Below, piece by piece: positions 27,999 through 37,634 of a stretch of DNA of 64,000 bases; the stretch's first letter is position 1, and every line of letters starts with the position of its first letter. The stretch is from an uncultured Desulfobacteraceae bacterium. Lineage in GTDB: Bacteria; Desulfobacterota; Desulfobacteria; Desulfobacterales; UBA5852. The DNA lies in NCBI GenBank assembly GCA_913060875.1, contig CAJXSL010000001.1:576464-640463 (forward strand), in the 5' to 3' direction. The translations under genes and the position numbers were made by a program. Below the pieces are notes generated by a model. The model was given only the letters and a program-made list of their open reading frames with translations, was not told the DNA's origin and did no database searches.

Positions 27999-29333
27999 TT
28001 ATCCGTTCATCTTTTCCAGGGCATGCATTACCAGGCCGGTGATGACCTTGGGGGCAAAATAGGTTGTTTTACGGGGCATGACGTGCCCGGCGGCTGCAAT
28101 TCGTTGGACCGCACTGATGGGGGTCGGTTTGATGATGAAAGCCATGTCATATTCTCCGGAGGCGACGCCGTCCAAGGCCGCTTGGGCATCGTGGTTGTAA
28201 TGCACGCAATCGACATCGTCCAACTGGTCCCGGGATAACCCCAAAATTTCCGGAAAAATAAAATCGGTTAAAAGCGTGACGTCGATATCTTTCATGACCT
28301 CCGGTGTTGCCGCGGGATAGAGCGATGCGCGTTTGCCGGGCCGGAGTTCAAGCAAAAACGGTGCTTCGGCGTCCCGCAATGCCACTGCAAGAGCTACTCC
28401 CGGTTCGGTTTGACCCAGCCGGGCCAGCAGGTCATCGGTTGGCAGGCCCTGTCCGGGGGTGGTCGCCAATGGCGCCACCTTGAAGAAGGGACGGGCGCGC
28501 TCCAAAAACGATTGACGCATTGCGGGCGCGACTTTGGGGAGCAAACGGTGGGCCGGTAAGATCATCAAACCGGGATCCTGAACGCTGCTCAGATACATCA
28601 AGGTGTAATTGGCGGGATGGTTGGGCGGCAGATCGGTTCCGGACGCGGCCAGGGCATCCCGATAGGCCAAGGCTGTTTCATAGCGATGATGGCCGTCGGC
28701 AATAAAAATCGTCTGCTGCCCCAGATCGGTGGCGATAAGGCGGTGCAACTCAGGTTCGCTGATAACCCACATTCGATGGCGATGCCACCTGTCCTCCTGA
28801 AAGTCGATTGCCGGCGGTTTGGTGTTTGCATGGGATATCAGTTGCGGCATGGTCCGGCGTTCGTCTGAAAAAAAGGCAAAAATCGGACTCAAGTTGGTCC
28901 GACAAGCGTGCATCAGGGATAAGCGCTCCGATTTAACCTTGGAATAGGTGTGCTCGTGGGGCAGGATACCGCCCTGCTGAAACGGTTCCAGTCCGACACT
29001 GGCCATCAGCCCCCATCGGGTATGATTGGCGCCTCCCATCGAAAATTCCGTGGCCGTCAGATAAACCGCCGGCGTTTGTTCCTGAAGCAGCGTACCGTCT
29101 TTTAGCCATTCGCGGAGATATTGGCCCGCACGGGAGTGAGGATTGTCGTGCTGGTCGTCACCAGGCTGTTTTTCGCCCAGTTCCAGGCGAATGACATTGT
29201 GTGGACTGCGCTTGTGAAGCTCCGCCTGTTCCTTCGCGGAAATGACATCGTAGGGAGGGCTGACCACGTCGGCCATGGCGGATATGCAGTCTGGGTTGTA
29301 GCGAATACCGTTGAAAGGCTTGATTCGGGGCAT
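27999..29333 (-). CDS. DUF1015 domain-containing protein
   Basis: Hallmark motifs IKPFNGIRYNP, VSPPYDVIS and FIADGHHRYETA. Confidence 0.85.
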   Translation of the reverse strand: MPRIKPFNGIRYNPDCISAMADVVSPPYDVISAKEQAELHKRSPHNVIRLELGEKQPGDDQHDNPHSRAGQYLREWLKDGTLLQEQTPAVYLTATEFSMGGANHTRWGLMASVGLEPFQQGGILPHEHTYSKVKSERLSLMHACRTNLSPIFAFFSDERRTMPQLISHANTKPPAIDFQEDRWHRHRMWVISEPELHRLIATDLGQQTIFIADGHHRYETALAYRDALAASGTDLPPNHPANYTLMYLSSVQDPGLMILPAHRLLPKVAPAMRQSFLERARPFFKVAPLATTPGQGLPTDDLLARLGQTEPGVALAVALRDAEAPFLLELRPGKRASLYPAATPEVMKDIDVTLLTDFIFPEILGLSRDQLDDVDCVHYNHDAQAALDGVASGEYDMAFIIKPTPISAVQRIAAAGHVMPRKTTYFAPKVITGLVMHALEKMNG

Positions 29334-29535
29334 GGTGATATTACCTGCTTGTAAGCTTGGCAGCTAAGGGGTTCCCATCAAAGCGGCAGGGATCCGGGCC
29401 ATTTTCAATGTCCCTGCCGGGCGATACGCCAAGAATCTTTTGGCGGCATCTGATACTAGATTCGGTGGTCGCCATCAAGAGAAAAACAAACCGGCCCAGG
29501 GAAAGAAACCAATGGATTAATCCGTCGGGTAGCCA

Positions 29536-29564
29536 TTGACAGCTTCTCCCAAAAGCGCTAAAAG
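29536..29564 (+). promoter_or_regulatory. Candidate sigma-70 promoter for the tRNA-Ser pair
   Basis: TTGACA (29536-29541), 17 nt, TAAAAG (29559-29564), about 20 nt upstream of the first tRNA. Confidence 0.35.
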
Positions 29565-29585
29565 CACCTTTTACGTCAAGGGCAA

Positions 29586-29679
29586 GGAGAGGTTGCCGAG
29601 TGGCTGAAGGCCCCGCTCTCGAAAAGCGGTATCCTGGCTAAAACCGGGATCGTGGGTTCGAATCCCACCCTCTCCGCCA
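29586..29679 (+). tRNA. tRNA-Ser (anticodon CGA)
   Basis: Hand-folded cloverleaf: acceptor GGAGAGG/CCTCTCC, anticodon stem CCGCT/AGCGG with loop CTCGAAA, long variable arm, T-arm GTGGG-TTCGAAT-CCCAC, encoded CCA. Confidence 0.9.
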
Positions 29680-29730
29680 GCACCGCATCTGACAAGCCCG
29701 TGCGTTTTTCATTTTGTTTGACCTGTATGC

Positions 29731-29824
29731 GGAGAGATGTCCGAGTTGGCTGAAGGAGCACGACTGGAAATCGTGTGTGTCGTTTATAGCGGCACCGAGG
29801 GTTCGAATCCCTCTCTCTCCGCCA
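29731..29824 (+). tRNA. tRNA-Ser (anticodon GGA)
   Basis: Acceptor GGAGAGA/TCTCTCC, anticodon stem CACGA/TCGTG with loop CTGGAAA, long variable arm, T-arm GAGGG-TTCGAAT-CCCTC, encoded CCA. Confidence 0.9.
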
Positions 29825-30016
29825 TTTTCTTCCCCAACCGTTGTTAGACGTCACAACAGGAGGGGCTGCCATCGCCCCATTCCCCTGTCCCGATCGATTT
29901 TTCCCTTGCCGTTTGCCCTTCGTTTCATTACATTACGCCGCACCGGTAAAGGCCCCCGGTGGCGCCCTTGCCGGTGTTACCCCTTTGACGCCAACTGATT
30001 GAAACGCAATGGAATA

Positions 30017-31711
30017 ATGGCTTACCTCGTTCTGGCACGCAAATATCGACCGCAGACCTTTGACGATGTGGTCGAACAGAGCCATGTGACCCGCACCCTG
30101 ACGAACGCCATCCGGCATGGGCGGGTGGCCCATGCGATCCTGTTTTCCGGGCCACGGGGTACCGGCAAGACAACAATTGCCCGAATTCTTGCGAAATCCA
30201 TGAACTGCCAGACCGGCCCGACCCCAACCCCCTGCAATGCCTGCCGGTCCTGCAAGGAAATTACCGCCGGTAATGCCGCGGACGTTTTCGAGATTGACGG
30301 TGCGTCCAACAACAGCGTCGATCAAATCCGTGAATTACGTGAAAACGTTAAGTACATGCCGGCTTACAGCGCCTATAAGATCTACATCATCGATGAAGTG
30401 CACATGCTGAGCACTCCGGCCTTCAATGCGCTGTTGAAGACGCTTGAAGAACCGCCGCCGCATATCATTTTCATGTTTGCTACGACGGAAGCGCACAAAA
30501 TTCCGGTAACGATTCTTTCCCGTTGCCAGCGTTATGACTTGCGGCGAATCGGTTTCGAAAGCCTGACCGGACACATGGCCCGGTTATGCGATGCCGAAAA
30601 AATCGCTATTCCCGACGAAAGCCTGACCCTAGTGGCGCGCGAAGCCGGGGGGAGCATGCGGGATGCCCTGAGCCTGCTTGATCAAGTGATGACCTGTTCC
30701 GATGGACCGGTCACCCACGAGCAGGTGCTGAATATTCTGGGCGTGGTCGATCGCCATGTCATTACCGATTTGGCTGATGCCCTTTTGGCGGGTGATGTGG
30801 CGCGCATTTTACAGGCAGTCGCTACGGTCTACGACCGCGGCCAGGATCTCAAAAAATTATACGCTGACATTCTGAACCATTTTCGGAATCTTATTGTGAT
30901 CAAAATGGGGGAGGCAACGGCATCGCTGGTTGACCTGCCTGCGAGTGAAATACAGCAGCTGCGCGAACAGACGCATTCCTATTCGGTCGGTGTCCTCAAT
31001 CAGGTTTTCAACCTGTTGTACAGGGAAGAAACGCTTGTCCGTCTCACCGTGCATCCCCGTTTGGCCATCGAAATGGTGTTGATTCAGATTTGCCAGATCA
31101 AGCCGGCCCTTCCCCTGGACGAACTTATCCAAAATGTTGAATCCCTTCGGCAGGCCGTGATAGACGGCGGCGGACAGATCATGTCAGCTAAGGCTGTTTC
31201 CGGTCCTCGAGATGACAGGCCTCCGGAAAGCCCTGCTGCAAGGCAAGACGTTGACCCTCCGAACCCAACATCAGCGAAAAGTGCCGCTTTGGCGATACCC
31301 ACCGATGAAACCGGTCGTCAGGCCGTATGGGCGCGCATTGTTGAGACTCTGGGCGCGGATTTGCCGGCATTGGCGGCAAATCTTAAACAGTCGTCGCTGA
31401 TGACTGCAAATGAGAGCGTTTTTGAAATCGAGGTCAACGGGAATGAGTTCAATATCAACCGTGTGAAGCGGCGGGAAAGCATCCGGGCCATTGGTCGCGT
31501 GGTTCAGGAATTGTTCGGACACGCGCTGGAGATCGTGGTGTACGGAAAATCGAGCGATCCAACCGCCAAACAAAAAAAAAAAGACCATGAAGAGCGGTTG
31601 AAGAAGGAAGCCCTGGGCCATCCGATGGTTTCGGAAGTGGTCGAACTTTTTCAGGGCAAAGTCGTGGATGTCAAGGTCCTTTCGCCAGCCGAAAAGGGTC
31701 AATCGGACTAA
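30017..31711 (+). CDS. dnaX: DNA polymerase III subunit gamma/tau
   Basis: MAYLVLARKYRPQTFDDVVEQ, Walker A GPRGTGKTT, Walker B DEVHML, SRC motif, and zinc module CNACRSC. ATG 30017 preferred over the ORF-track TTG 29999. Confidence 0.93.
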   Translation: MAYLVLARKYRPQTFDDVVEQSHVTRTLTNAIRHGRVAHAILFSGPRGTGKTTIARILAKSMNCQTGPTPTPCNACRSCKEITAGNAADVFEIDGASNNSVDQIRELRENVKYMPAYSAYKIYIIDEVHMLSTPAFNALLKTLEEPPPHIIFMFATTEAHKIPVTILSRCQRYDLRRIGFESLTGHMARLCDAEKIAIPDESLTLVAREAGGSMRDALSLLDQVMTCSDGPVTHEQVLNILGVVDRHVITDLADALLAGDVARILQAVATVYDRGQDLKKLYADILNHFRNLIVIKMGEATASLVDLPASEIQQLREQTHSYSVGVLNQVFNLLYREETLVRLTVHPRLAIEMVLIQICQIKPALPLDELIQNVESLRQAVIDGGGQIMSAKAVSGPRDDRPPESPAARQDVDPPNPTSAKSAALAIPTDETGRQAVWARIVETLGADLPALAANLKQSSLMTANESVFEIEVNGNEFNINRVKRRESIRAIGRVVQELFGHALEIVVYGKSSDPTAKQKKKDHEERLKKEALGHPMVSEVVELFQGKVVDVKVLSPAEKGQSD

Positions 31712-31780
31712 GAGCACAACGGCACCGGCTTGTTGGTATGCATAACACGCCCTGCCGGTTTAAACTGAGGAGGAATTGCC

Positions 31781-32092
31781 ATGAAAGGCATGGGAAACAT
31801 GATGAAGCAGGCCCAGAAACTGCAGGCCAAAATGGCCAAAATGCAGGAAGAGTTGGCCGACCGTAGTGTGGAGGGATCGTCCGGCGGCGGAATGGTCAAG
31901 GTCGTGGCCAATGGGCGCCAACAGGTATTGAGCATCGCTATTGAGAAAGAGGTGGTGGATCCGGAAGATCTCGAAATGCTGCAGGATCTGGTGCTGGCGG
32001 CGGTGAACGATGCCTTGAGCAAATCCCAGGAAATGGTTGCGTCTGAAATGGGCAAGCTGACCGGCGGCATGAATATCCCCGGGTTGTTTTAA
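31781..32092 (+). CDS. ybaB: Nucleoid-associated protein YbaB/EbfC
   Basis: [25 protein letters not shown]... 103 aa, in the conserved dnaX-ybaB-recR order. Confidence 0.93.
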   Translation: MKGMGNMMKQAQKLQAKMAKMQEELADRSVEGSSGGGMVKVVANGRQQVLSIAIEKEVVDPEDLEMLQDLVLAAVNDALSKSQEMVASEMGKLTGGMNIPGLF

Positions 32093-32148
32093 AATGAGCC
32101 TCAGGGCATGAACGCGATTCCCGTTTGTGCCCGGGCATAGGATGCTGC

Positions 32149-32748
32149 ATGAACTACTACCCTGCCTCAATACGAAACCTGATCCGTCAGATTTCCAAAC
32201 TGCCTGGCATCGGCGAAAAAACGGCTGAGCGCCTGGCACTGCATATCCTGAAAATATCGCACCGCGATGCCGAGCAGTTGGCCCAAAGCATCATGGACGT
32301 CAAGGCGCGGACCCGTTCGTGTTCGCGCTGCCACGCCTGGAGCGATGATGCCCTATGTCACATTTGCCAGGATGCCTCCCGTAACAACGGCCAGTTGTGT
32401 GTCGTGGAACAGCCGGCGGATATGGTTGCCGTTGAAAAGTCGGGGGCCTTCCAGGGGGTCTATCATATTCTGGGGGGGGTGCTTTCTCCAATGAATGGCG
32501 TCGGTCCCGACGACATTCGCATTGGCGATTTGTTTCGCCGGGTGCGCGATGAATCCCTCAAGGAGGTGGTCATTGCCACCGGTACCAACGTGGAAGGGGA
32601 GGCCACGGCGGCCTATCTGGCCGAGAAGCTGCAAGCCCTTCAGGTCTCGGTGACCCGTATTGCTTCCGGTGTCCCCATGGGCGGAGACCTCAAGTATGTT
32701 GATCAGGTAACCCTCAAACGGGCCATGGAAACGCGTCATGCCTTCTAA
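32149..32748 (+). CDS. recR: Recombination protein RecR
   Basis: LIRQISKLPGIGEKTAERLA (HhH), C4 zinc finger CSRC...CHIC, and a Toprim domain. ATG 32149 preferred over 32125. Confidence 0.93.
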   Translation: MNYYPASIRNLIRQISKLPGIGEKTAERLALHILKISHRDAEQLAQSIMDVKARTRSCSRCHAWSDDALCHICQDASRNNGQLCVVEQPADMVAVEKSGAFQGVYHILGGVLSPMNGVGPDDIRIGDLFRRVRDESLKEVVIATGTNVEGEATAAYLAEKLQALQVSVTRIASGVPMGGDLKYVDQVTLKRAMETRHAF

Positions 32749-33187
32749 AACGTCTTACCCTTCCATTTTTACCTGCCAAATGTGCGGAGAATGCTGTCGT
32801 GGCTACGGCGGTACCTATGTTTCCGAATCCGACATCAAAGCCATTGCGAATTTTATCGGTGAGGATCCGGAGGATTTCAAGGCGCGCTACTGCCAGCTGT
32901 CCGGCTCCCGCTATGTGCTGGCGCAGGCCGAAAACGGTTATTGTGTCTTCTGGGATGAGCTCTGCCGCATTCACCCGGTCAAACCCCGCATGTGCCGCAA
33001 TTGGCCCTATATTTCCGCGGTCCTGGAAGATGTTGACAACTGGCGGATGATGGCCAACAGTTGCCCCGGTATCAAAACCGACGTGTCTGATGAGGTCATC
33101 CGTCGGACGGTCGCCCGGAAAATTGAAGAACGGCGGCGGCAACGTCGCCAAGACGCCGAGAACGCGGATTCGGAGCAAGAGGGCTGA
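32738..33187 (+). CDS. YkgJ-family cysteine-cluster protein (CxxCxxCC)
   Basis: CQMCGECCRGYGG motif plus downstream conserved Cys residues. Overlaps the recR stop by 11 nt. Confidence 0.8.
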   Translation: MPSKTSYPSIFTCQMCGECCRGYGGTYVSESDIKAIANFIGEDPEDFKARYCQLSGSRYVLAQAENGYCVFWDELCRIHPVKPRMCRNWPYISAVLEDVDNWRMMANSCPGIKTDVSDEVIRRTVARKIEERRRQRRQDAENADSEQEG

Positions 33188-33266
33188 TGTCCTCCTTAGC
33201 TGGATATTATCGTGAGTATCGGCAGGGTTTAACGGCCATTGAACGGGCCGGCGGGAAGCGCCTGGC

Positions 33267-34052
33267 ATGATTGGCGTTTTTGACTCGGGAATCGGGGGGC
33301 TGACCGTTGTCCGAGCCCTCATGCAATGCCTGCCCGAATATGACATCCTTTATTTCGGCGATACCGCCCGCACCCCCTACGGAAGCAAAAGTCCGTCCAC
33401 GGTCGTCAAATACGCGGTCGAAAATACCGAATTTCTTCTTTCCAAAGGCGCCCGCGCCATTGTTCTGGCCTGCAACACCGCTTCCAGCGTGGCCCCGGCT
33501 ATTCTGCGGCAGCGTTACGATATCCCTTTTTTTGAAGTCATATCACCGGCGGCAGAGATGGCGGTTCAGTCTTCGCGCACGGGGCGGATCGGCATTATCG
33601 GCACCCGGGCCACAGTTGCCAGCGGGGTCTACGAGAAAATCATCGAACGATTGCGGCCGGAATGCCGGGTGTTTACCAGGGCCTGTCCGCTGCTGGTGCC
33701 TTTGGTGGAGGAAGGGTGGCTGAAGAAGCCCGAAACGGCGATGATCGTAAAAAAATACCTGCGTCCTTTAAAGGACCGGCAAATCGACACCCTGATCCTG
33801 GGGTGTACGCACTATCCCCTGCTGATGGATTTGATCCAGGCCAAAATCGGTCGGCGCGTGCGGGTGGTGGATTCCTCCGTGGGTGTCGCTAACCGTCTGC
33901 GGCAAGCGATCACGACGGATAAACATTTACAGACGCGCCTGAGCCGCCGGGGGTGCTACCGGTTTTTTGTGTCGGATACCACCGCCCAGTTTCAACACAT
34001 CGCCAGTTCGATTCTCAAACGCCGTATCCGCTTGGAAACCTTCCATAACTGA
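33267..34052 (+). CDS. murI: Glutamate racemase
   Basis: IGVFDSGIGGLTV, catalytic ACNTAS and GCTHYP. Confidence 0.93.
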   Translation: MIGVFDSGIGGLTVVRALMQCLPEYDILYFGDTARTPYGSKSPSTVVKYAVENTEFLLSKGARAIVLACNTASSVAPAILRQRYDIPFFEVISPAAEMAVQSSRTGRIGIIGTRATVASGVYEKIIERLRPECRVFTRACPLLVPLVEEGWLKKPETAMIVKKYLRPLKDRQIDTLILGCTHYPLLMDLIQAKIGRRVRVVDSSVGVANRLRQAITTDKHLQTRLSRRGCYRFFVSDTTAQFQHIASSILKRRIRLETFHN

Positions 34053-34111
34053 ACCCGCCCGGGGCCGCTTCACCCTGCCCCGACGTTGCCATGACCACCC
34101 CCCCTTCACAC

Positions 34112-34939
34112 CTATAGACCGGCGGTGTAATGTGGGCCCACAATCAGGAGATTGTTGGAGACGGTGGATTGGATTTTTTCCATCTTGCTGCCGAAAACCA
34201 GATTACGGATCAGGCCGTGTCCGAAGGCCCCCAGAATTACAAGGGCATCATGCGGCACTTCGTAAAGATTTGTTTCAAATGAACCCTTTTCAAAGAAAAC
34301 CCACCGGGCATCAAGCTGTTTAACCTCTTCTGCCAGATGGTGATCGCGAATGATGGCTTCGTAGTCCTTGCGGGAACGTTTTTCCGCCTGGGTGAAGATG
34401 TCCAGAGGCGTTCCGGTTTCTCTTGCAATCCGCAGACCCAGTTTCAAGGCATTCAGGGCATTGGCTGATCCCCCGAAAAATACGGCCAGTCGCGTCCAGG
34501 GCTTGAAGACGGGGCTGGTGACCAAAACGGGAAACCGCGCCGAAGTGACAATGCGCCGCACCCGGGGGCCGATATAGCCCAGGCCGATTTTGGAGGACAG
34601 GTCGCTGACGCTGCGGGGGCAGCACATGAAATCGAAATTGGTCGGAATGTCCGGCAGGGTTGACGCGGTAAAATTTTTGGGCGCGAAAAACTTATGCTGC
34701 AACTCATGGTGATCCAACATTTCACGCGCATGGGCCTCCGCTGTGGCGGGGTCCGTAAGATAGGAGTCATCCAGGTCAATCTGGACGACATCGTTATCGA
34801 AATACATGAGGAACTTGATGTGCTGCGGGATATAGACGACAGGTGTGGCCCCCATCTGTTTGCAGAAATACAACGATTGCAGAAAAGTTTCGCGTCCAAG
34901 AGGGGTGTTGCGGAAAATGTGAAAAAGCTGGGTATACAT
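34112..34939 (-). CDS. Universal stress protein family protein (UspA-like C-terminal domain)
   Basis: C-terminal ALVILGAFGHGLIRNLVFGSKMEKIQSTVSNNLLIVGP resembles the USP ATP-binding/terminal motif. The N-terminal half is not recognisable. Confidence 0.5.
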   Translation of the reverse strand: MYTQLFHIFRNTPLGRETFLQSLYFCKQMGATPVVYIPQHIKFLMYFDNDVVQIDLDDSYLTDPATAEAHAREMLDHHELQHKFFAPKNFTASTLPDIPTNFDFMCCPRSVSDLSSKIGLGYIGPRVRRIVTSARFPVLVTSPVFKPWTRLAVFFGGSANALNALKLGLRIARETGTPLDIFTQAEKRSRKDYEAIIRDHHLAEEVKQLDARWVFFEKGSFETNLYEVPHDALVILGAFGHGLIRNLVFGSKMEKIQSTVSNNLLIVGPHYTAGL

Positions 34940-34951
34940 GGCTGTCTCCTT

Positions 34952-36685
34952 CTACCGGTTAAGATGGTAGGTCTGGACCATCAGCTCTTTGCGGTACTGG
35001 TCCAGTAGCGTCGATTTGGAAATCATGCCCAGGAACCGGTGGTTGGCCACAACCGGCATGTTGAACAGCCGGTCGGCGTCCATGCGTTCAAGCACATCCA
35101 CCACGTCATCGTCCGGCGAAACGGTGGCCACGCGGGCGTTCATCAACTGTCCCACCAGAACCGTGTCGTACATGAGGGGGTCGAACAGGTACGGCCGGAT
35201 GTCGTCCATATAAATCACACCCTGAAACTGGCGGGTTTGGCGGTCTTCGACCGGAAACAAATTGCGCCGGGACTGCTTGACGATATCGACAAAATCCCGC
35301 AATAGCATGTCGGGGTGTACCGTAATGCAATCGGTCTCCAGGAGTTCCCGCACTTCGAGGTCGGCCAGGACCCGGGCATCGGTGCCCGGGCGCAGCACCT
35401 GGCCTTTTTCCACCAGGTCTTTGAGATAGAAGGAAGCGGGCTCAAAATAATGGCAAAGGCTGGTCGATATGGCCGACACGATCAAAAGGGGCAGGATAAC
35501 CTCATAGCCTCCCGTGATTTCGATAATCAAAAAAATGCCGGTGAGGGGGGCCTGCAGAATTCCGCTGATCAGCCCTGCCATGCCAAGCAGGACAAAACAC
35601 CCCTCCTGAACCCAGTCCACGCCGGGCCACAGATAGACCAATGCCCGATGATAGGCCAAACCGGTAAAGCTGCCGATGACAAGGCAGGGGGCGAAAATAC
35701 CGCCGGAGCCTCCCGATCCGAGGGTCAGGGCCGTGGCCAGAATTTTGGCCAGGACCGCTATACAGACCAGCCCGAGCCCGGGGGCAAACTGGCCTTCCAT
35801 CATTTCCCGGATGGCATGGTAGCCTTCCCCCAGCACGACGGGAAGATACAGGCCGATGAGGCCGACCGTGCAGCCGCCGCCGGCAGCACGCAACCAGGCC
35901 GGCAACCGAATGCCATCCGCTTTGTGATGGATCGTTCGGATGGAACGGGTAAGCAGGATGGATGCCAGAGCGGTAAAAACGGCCAGGCCGATACAAGCCA
36001 TGACATCGATTGATCCAATCTCGAAATGGTGATGGGAGAACGGGATTTGTTTGCCTTGCAGCAGATGACTGATTTCGGTGCCCGCAACGGCGGCGATGGC
36101 AATCGGTATCAGGTTGGACGCCGCCCATTCCCCCAGAATGACCTCCATAGCAAAGATCAGGCCGGCAATAGGGGCATTGAAAATCGCCGATATGGCCCCC
36201 GCGGCCCCGCAGCCCACTAAAGCCACCCGCTGACGGTCGTTCAGGCCGAGTACGCGCGCGATGTTGGATCCGATGGCGGATCCGCTCATGACGATGGGGG
36301 CTTCAGGCCCGGCCGACCCGCCGCTGCCAATGGTCAAACAACTCGAGATCAGGCGGGAAAAACTGGATCGAAACCGCATTAAACCGCCATAGCGCGAGAC
36401 GCTGTAAATGACTTCCGGGACCCCGTGGCCGGCTCCCTCGCGCATGATTTTATTGAGGAAGAGGGACGATAGCGCCGCACCTAATGCCGGGAGTAAAAAA
36501 GCCCAGGCTTCGGTGCGGTAGGGACGCAGCCATCCCAATACCGCTACGAGTGCCTGGTTGAGGGCGACGGCTGCAACCCCGCTGCAGACACCGACCATGG
36601 CGCCGGCTATGATCAGCAGAAGCCGATCGTCGGATCGGAATACATACCAGGAAGCGGGGAGGCGCCAAGAGATGGGGGAGCGCAT
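34952..36685 (-). CDS. ClC-family chloride channel / H+-Cl- antiporter with a C-terminal CBS pair
   Basis: Multiple TM helices, selectivity-filter-type motifs GSGGSAGPEAP and GGIFAP, and C-terminal tandem CBS-like modules. Confidence 0.9.
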   Translation of the reverse strand: MRSPISWRLPASWYVFRSDDRLLLIIAGAMVGVCSGVAAVALNQALVAVLGWLRPYRTEAWAFLLPALGAALSSLFLNKIMREGAGHGVPEVIYSVSRYGGLMRFRSSFSRLISSCLTIGSGGSAGPEAPIVMSGSAIGSNIARVLGLNDRQRVALVGCGAAGAISAIFNAPIAGLIFAMEVILGEWAASNLIPIAIAAVAGTEISHLLQGKQIPFSHHHFEIGSIDVMACIGLAVFTALASILLTRSIRTIHHKADGIRLPAWLRAAGGGCTVGLIGLYLPVVLGEGYHAIREMMEGQFAPGLGLVCIAVLAKILATALTLGSGGSGGIFAPCLVIGSFTGLAYHRALVYLWPGVDWVQEGCFVLLGMAGLISGILQAPLTGIFLIIEITGGYEVILPLLIVSAISTSLCHYFEPASFYLKDLVEKGQVLRPGTDARVLADLEVRELLETDCITVHPDMLLRDFVDIVKQSRRNLFPVEDRQTRQFQGVIYMDDIRPYLFDPLMYDTVLVGQLMNARVATVSPDDDVVDVLERMDADRLFNMPVVANHRFLGMISKSTLLDQYRKELMVQTYHLNR

Positions 36686-36688
36686 GAG

Positions 36689-37384
36689 TTAAGGTTGCCG
36701 CCGATCTGATGGTTCACACGGGCTTTCCATTTGGCTTAACTGCGCCAGGAGCGCTGTTTCGTCAGGCTTCCTGTCGAGAAACGCGATAAAGGTCTCCTGT
36801 CTGAGGCAGTACGACAAACGGGAAAGCAGTTGCAGGTGCATCTGAACCGAGGGGGACAGAAGGATAAACATAACGGAAACCGGACGGCTGTCCAGCGCGT
36901 TAAAATCGATGGGGGCCTCCAGAAAGCAGGCGGCGACCGCAGGGCTTTCCACGCCCAGGGACTCGGGTTCGCGGGGGTGGGGTATGGCGACCCCTTTGCC
37001 GATTCCGGTGGATGTGAGGGCTTCCCGCTCGATCAGCTTCTGAACCAAATGTGGTTTACTTAGTGCGGGTATGATGGCCAACCGTTCGACAGCGGCCTGA
37101 AATACTGCGTCGGTGTCCTCTCCGCTTACCCCGTGATGAACCCCGCCGTTGCGTAAGGCGGCGGTAAGGCTGATGTCGTCCGCCTGCATGCATTCCGGCT
37201 GCGGTTTCCGATGGGGGTGGAATTTAAGGTCGTGCTGTAACGCCCATCGCTCGAGGGTCTGCTGATCGAACGTACAGATGGTGTCGTGCCGTACCAGGGG
37301 GATACGTCCCTGGCGGATCCAGCGTTCGATTTTGCCTTGGGGCAGGTCCAATGCCTGGGCGATTTGGTCAATACTGAGCTTCAT
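36689..37384 (-). CDS. Fusion protein: N-terminal excisionase/MerR-type HTH plus PTS EIIA type-2 (PtsN/EIIA-Ntr-like) domain
   Basis: N-terminus LSIDQIAQALDLPQGKIERWIRQGRIPL (HTH). EIIA-2 active-site region TGIGKGVAIPHPRE with the phosphorylatable His. Stop lies 3 nt before the ClC start. Confidence 0.75.
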   Translation of the reverse strand: MKLSIDQIAQALDLPQGKIERWIRQGRIPLVRHDTICTFDQQTLERWALQHDLKFHPHRKPQPECMQADDISLTAALRNGGVHHGVSGEDTDAVFQAAVERLAIIPALSKPHLVQKLIEREALTSTGIGKGVAIPHPREPESLGVESPAVAACFLEAPIDFNALDSRPVSVMFILLSPSVQMHLQLLSRLSYCLRQETFIAFLDRKPDETALLAQLSQMESPCEPSDRRQP

Positions 37385-37634
37385 GGAGACAACCGTTTGT
37401 GGTCAATAAAAATAAACGTAAAAAATAACCCTAATTGGTTATGGAATCAAGATCAAATATCGCATGACCTCAATGCGCCCCCCTAAAACAAGGCCAATCC
37501 GTTGCGCTCAGACCGCGTCGTATCGCTTGGAATCCAAAACCAGGAGGGGGCTTGGGGCGGCAAGAATCCTGGCCGCCTGACGCGCGGGGTCACAGCCGGC
37601 GGGCTGAAGACGGTGGCGATAGGCTCAGAGGGAT

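Noticed and set aside
29825-30016. Possible SRP (4.5S/ffs) RNA, which often sits upstream of dnaX
   Set aside because: I could not find the conserved domain IV core (..GGUCCGGAAGGAAGCAGCC..-like sequence) or a long closing helix. Only the two tRNA-Ser genes are supported.
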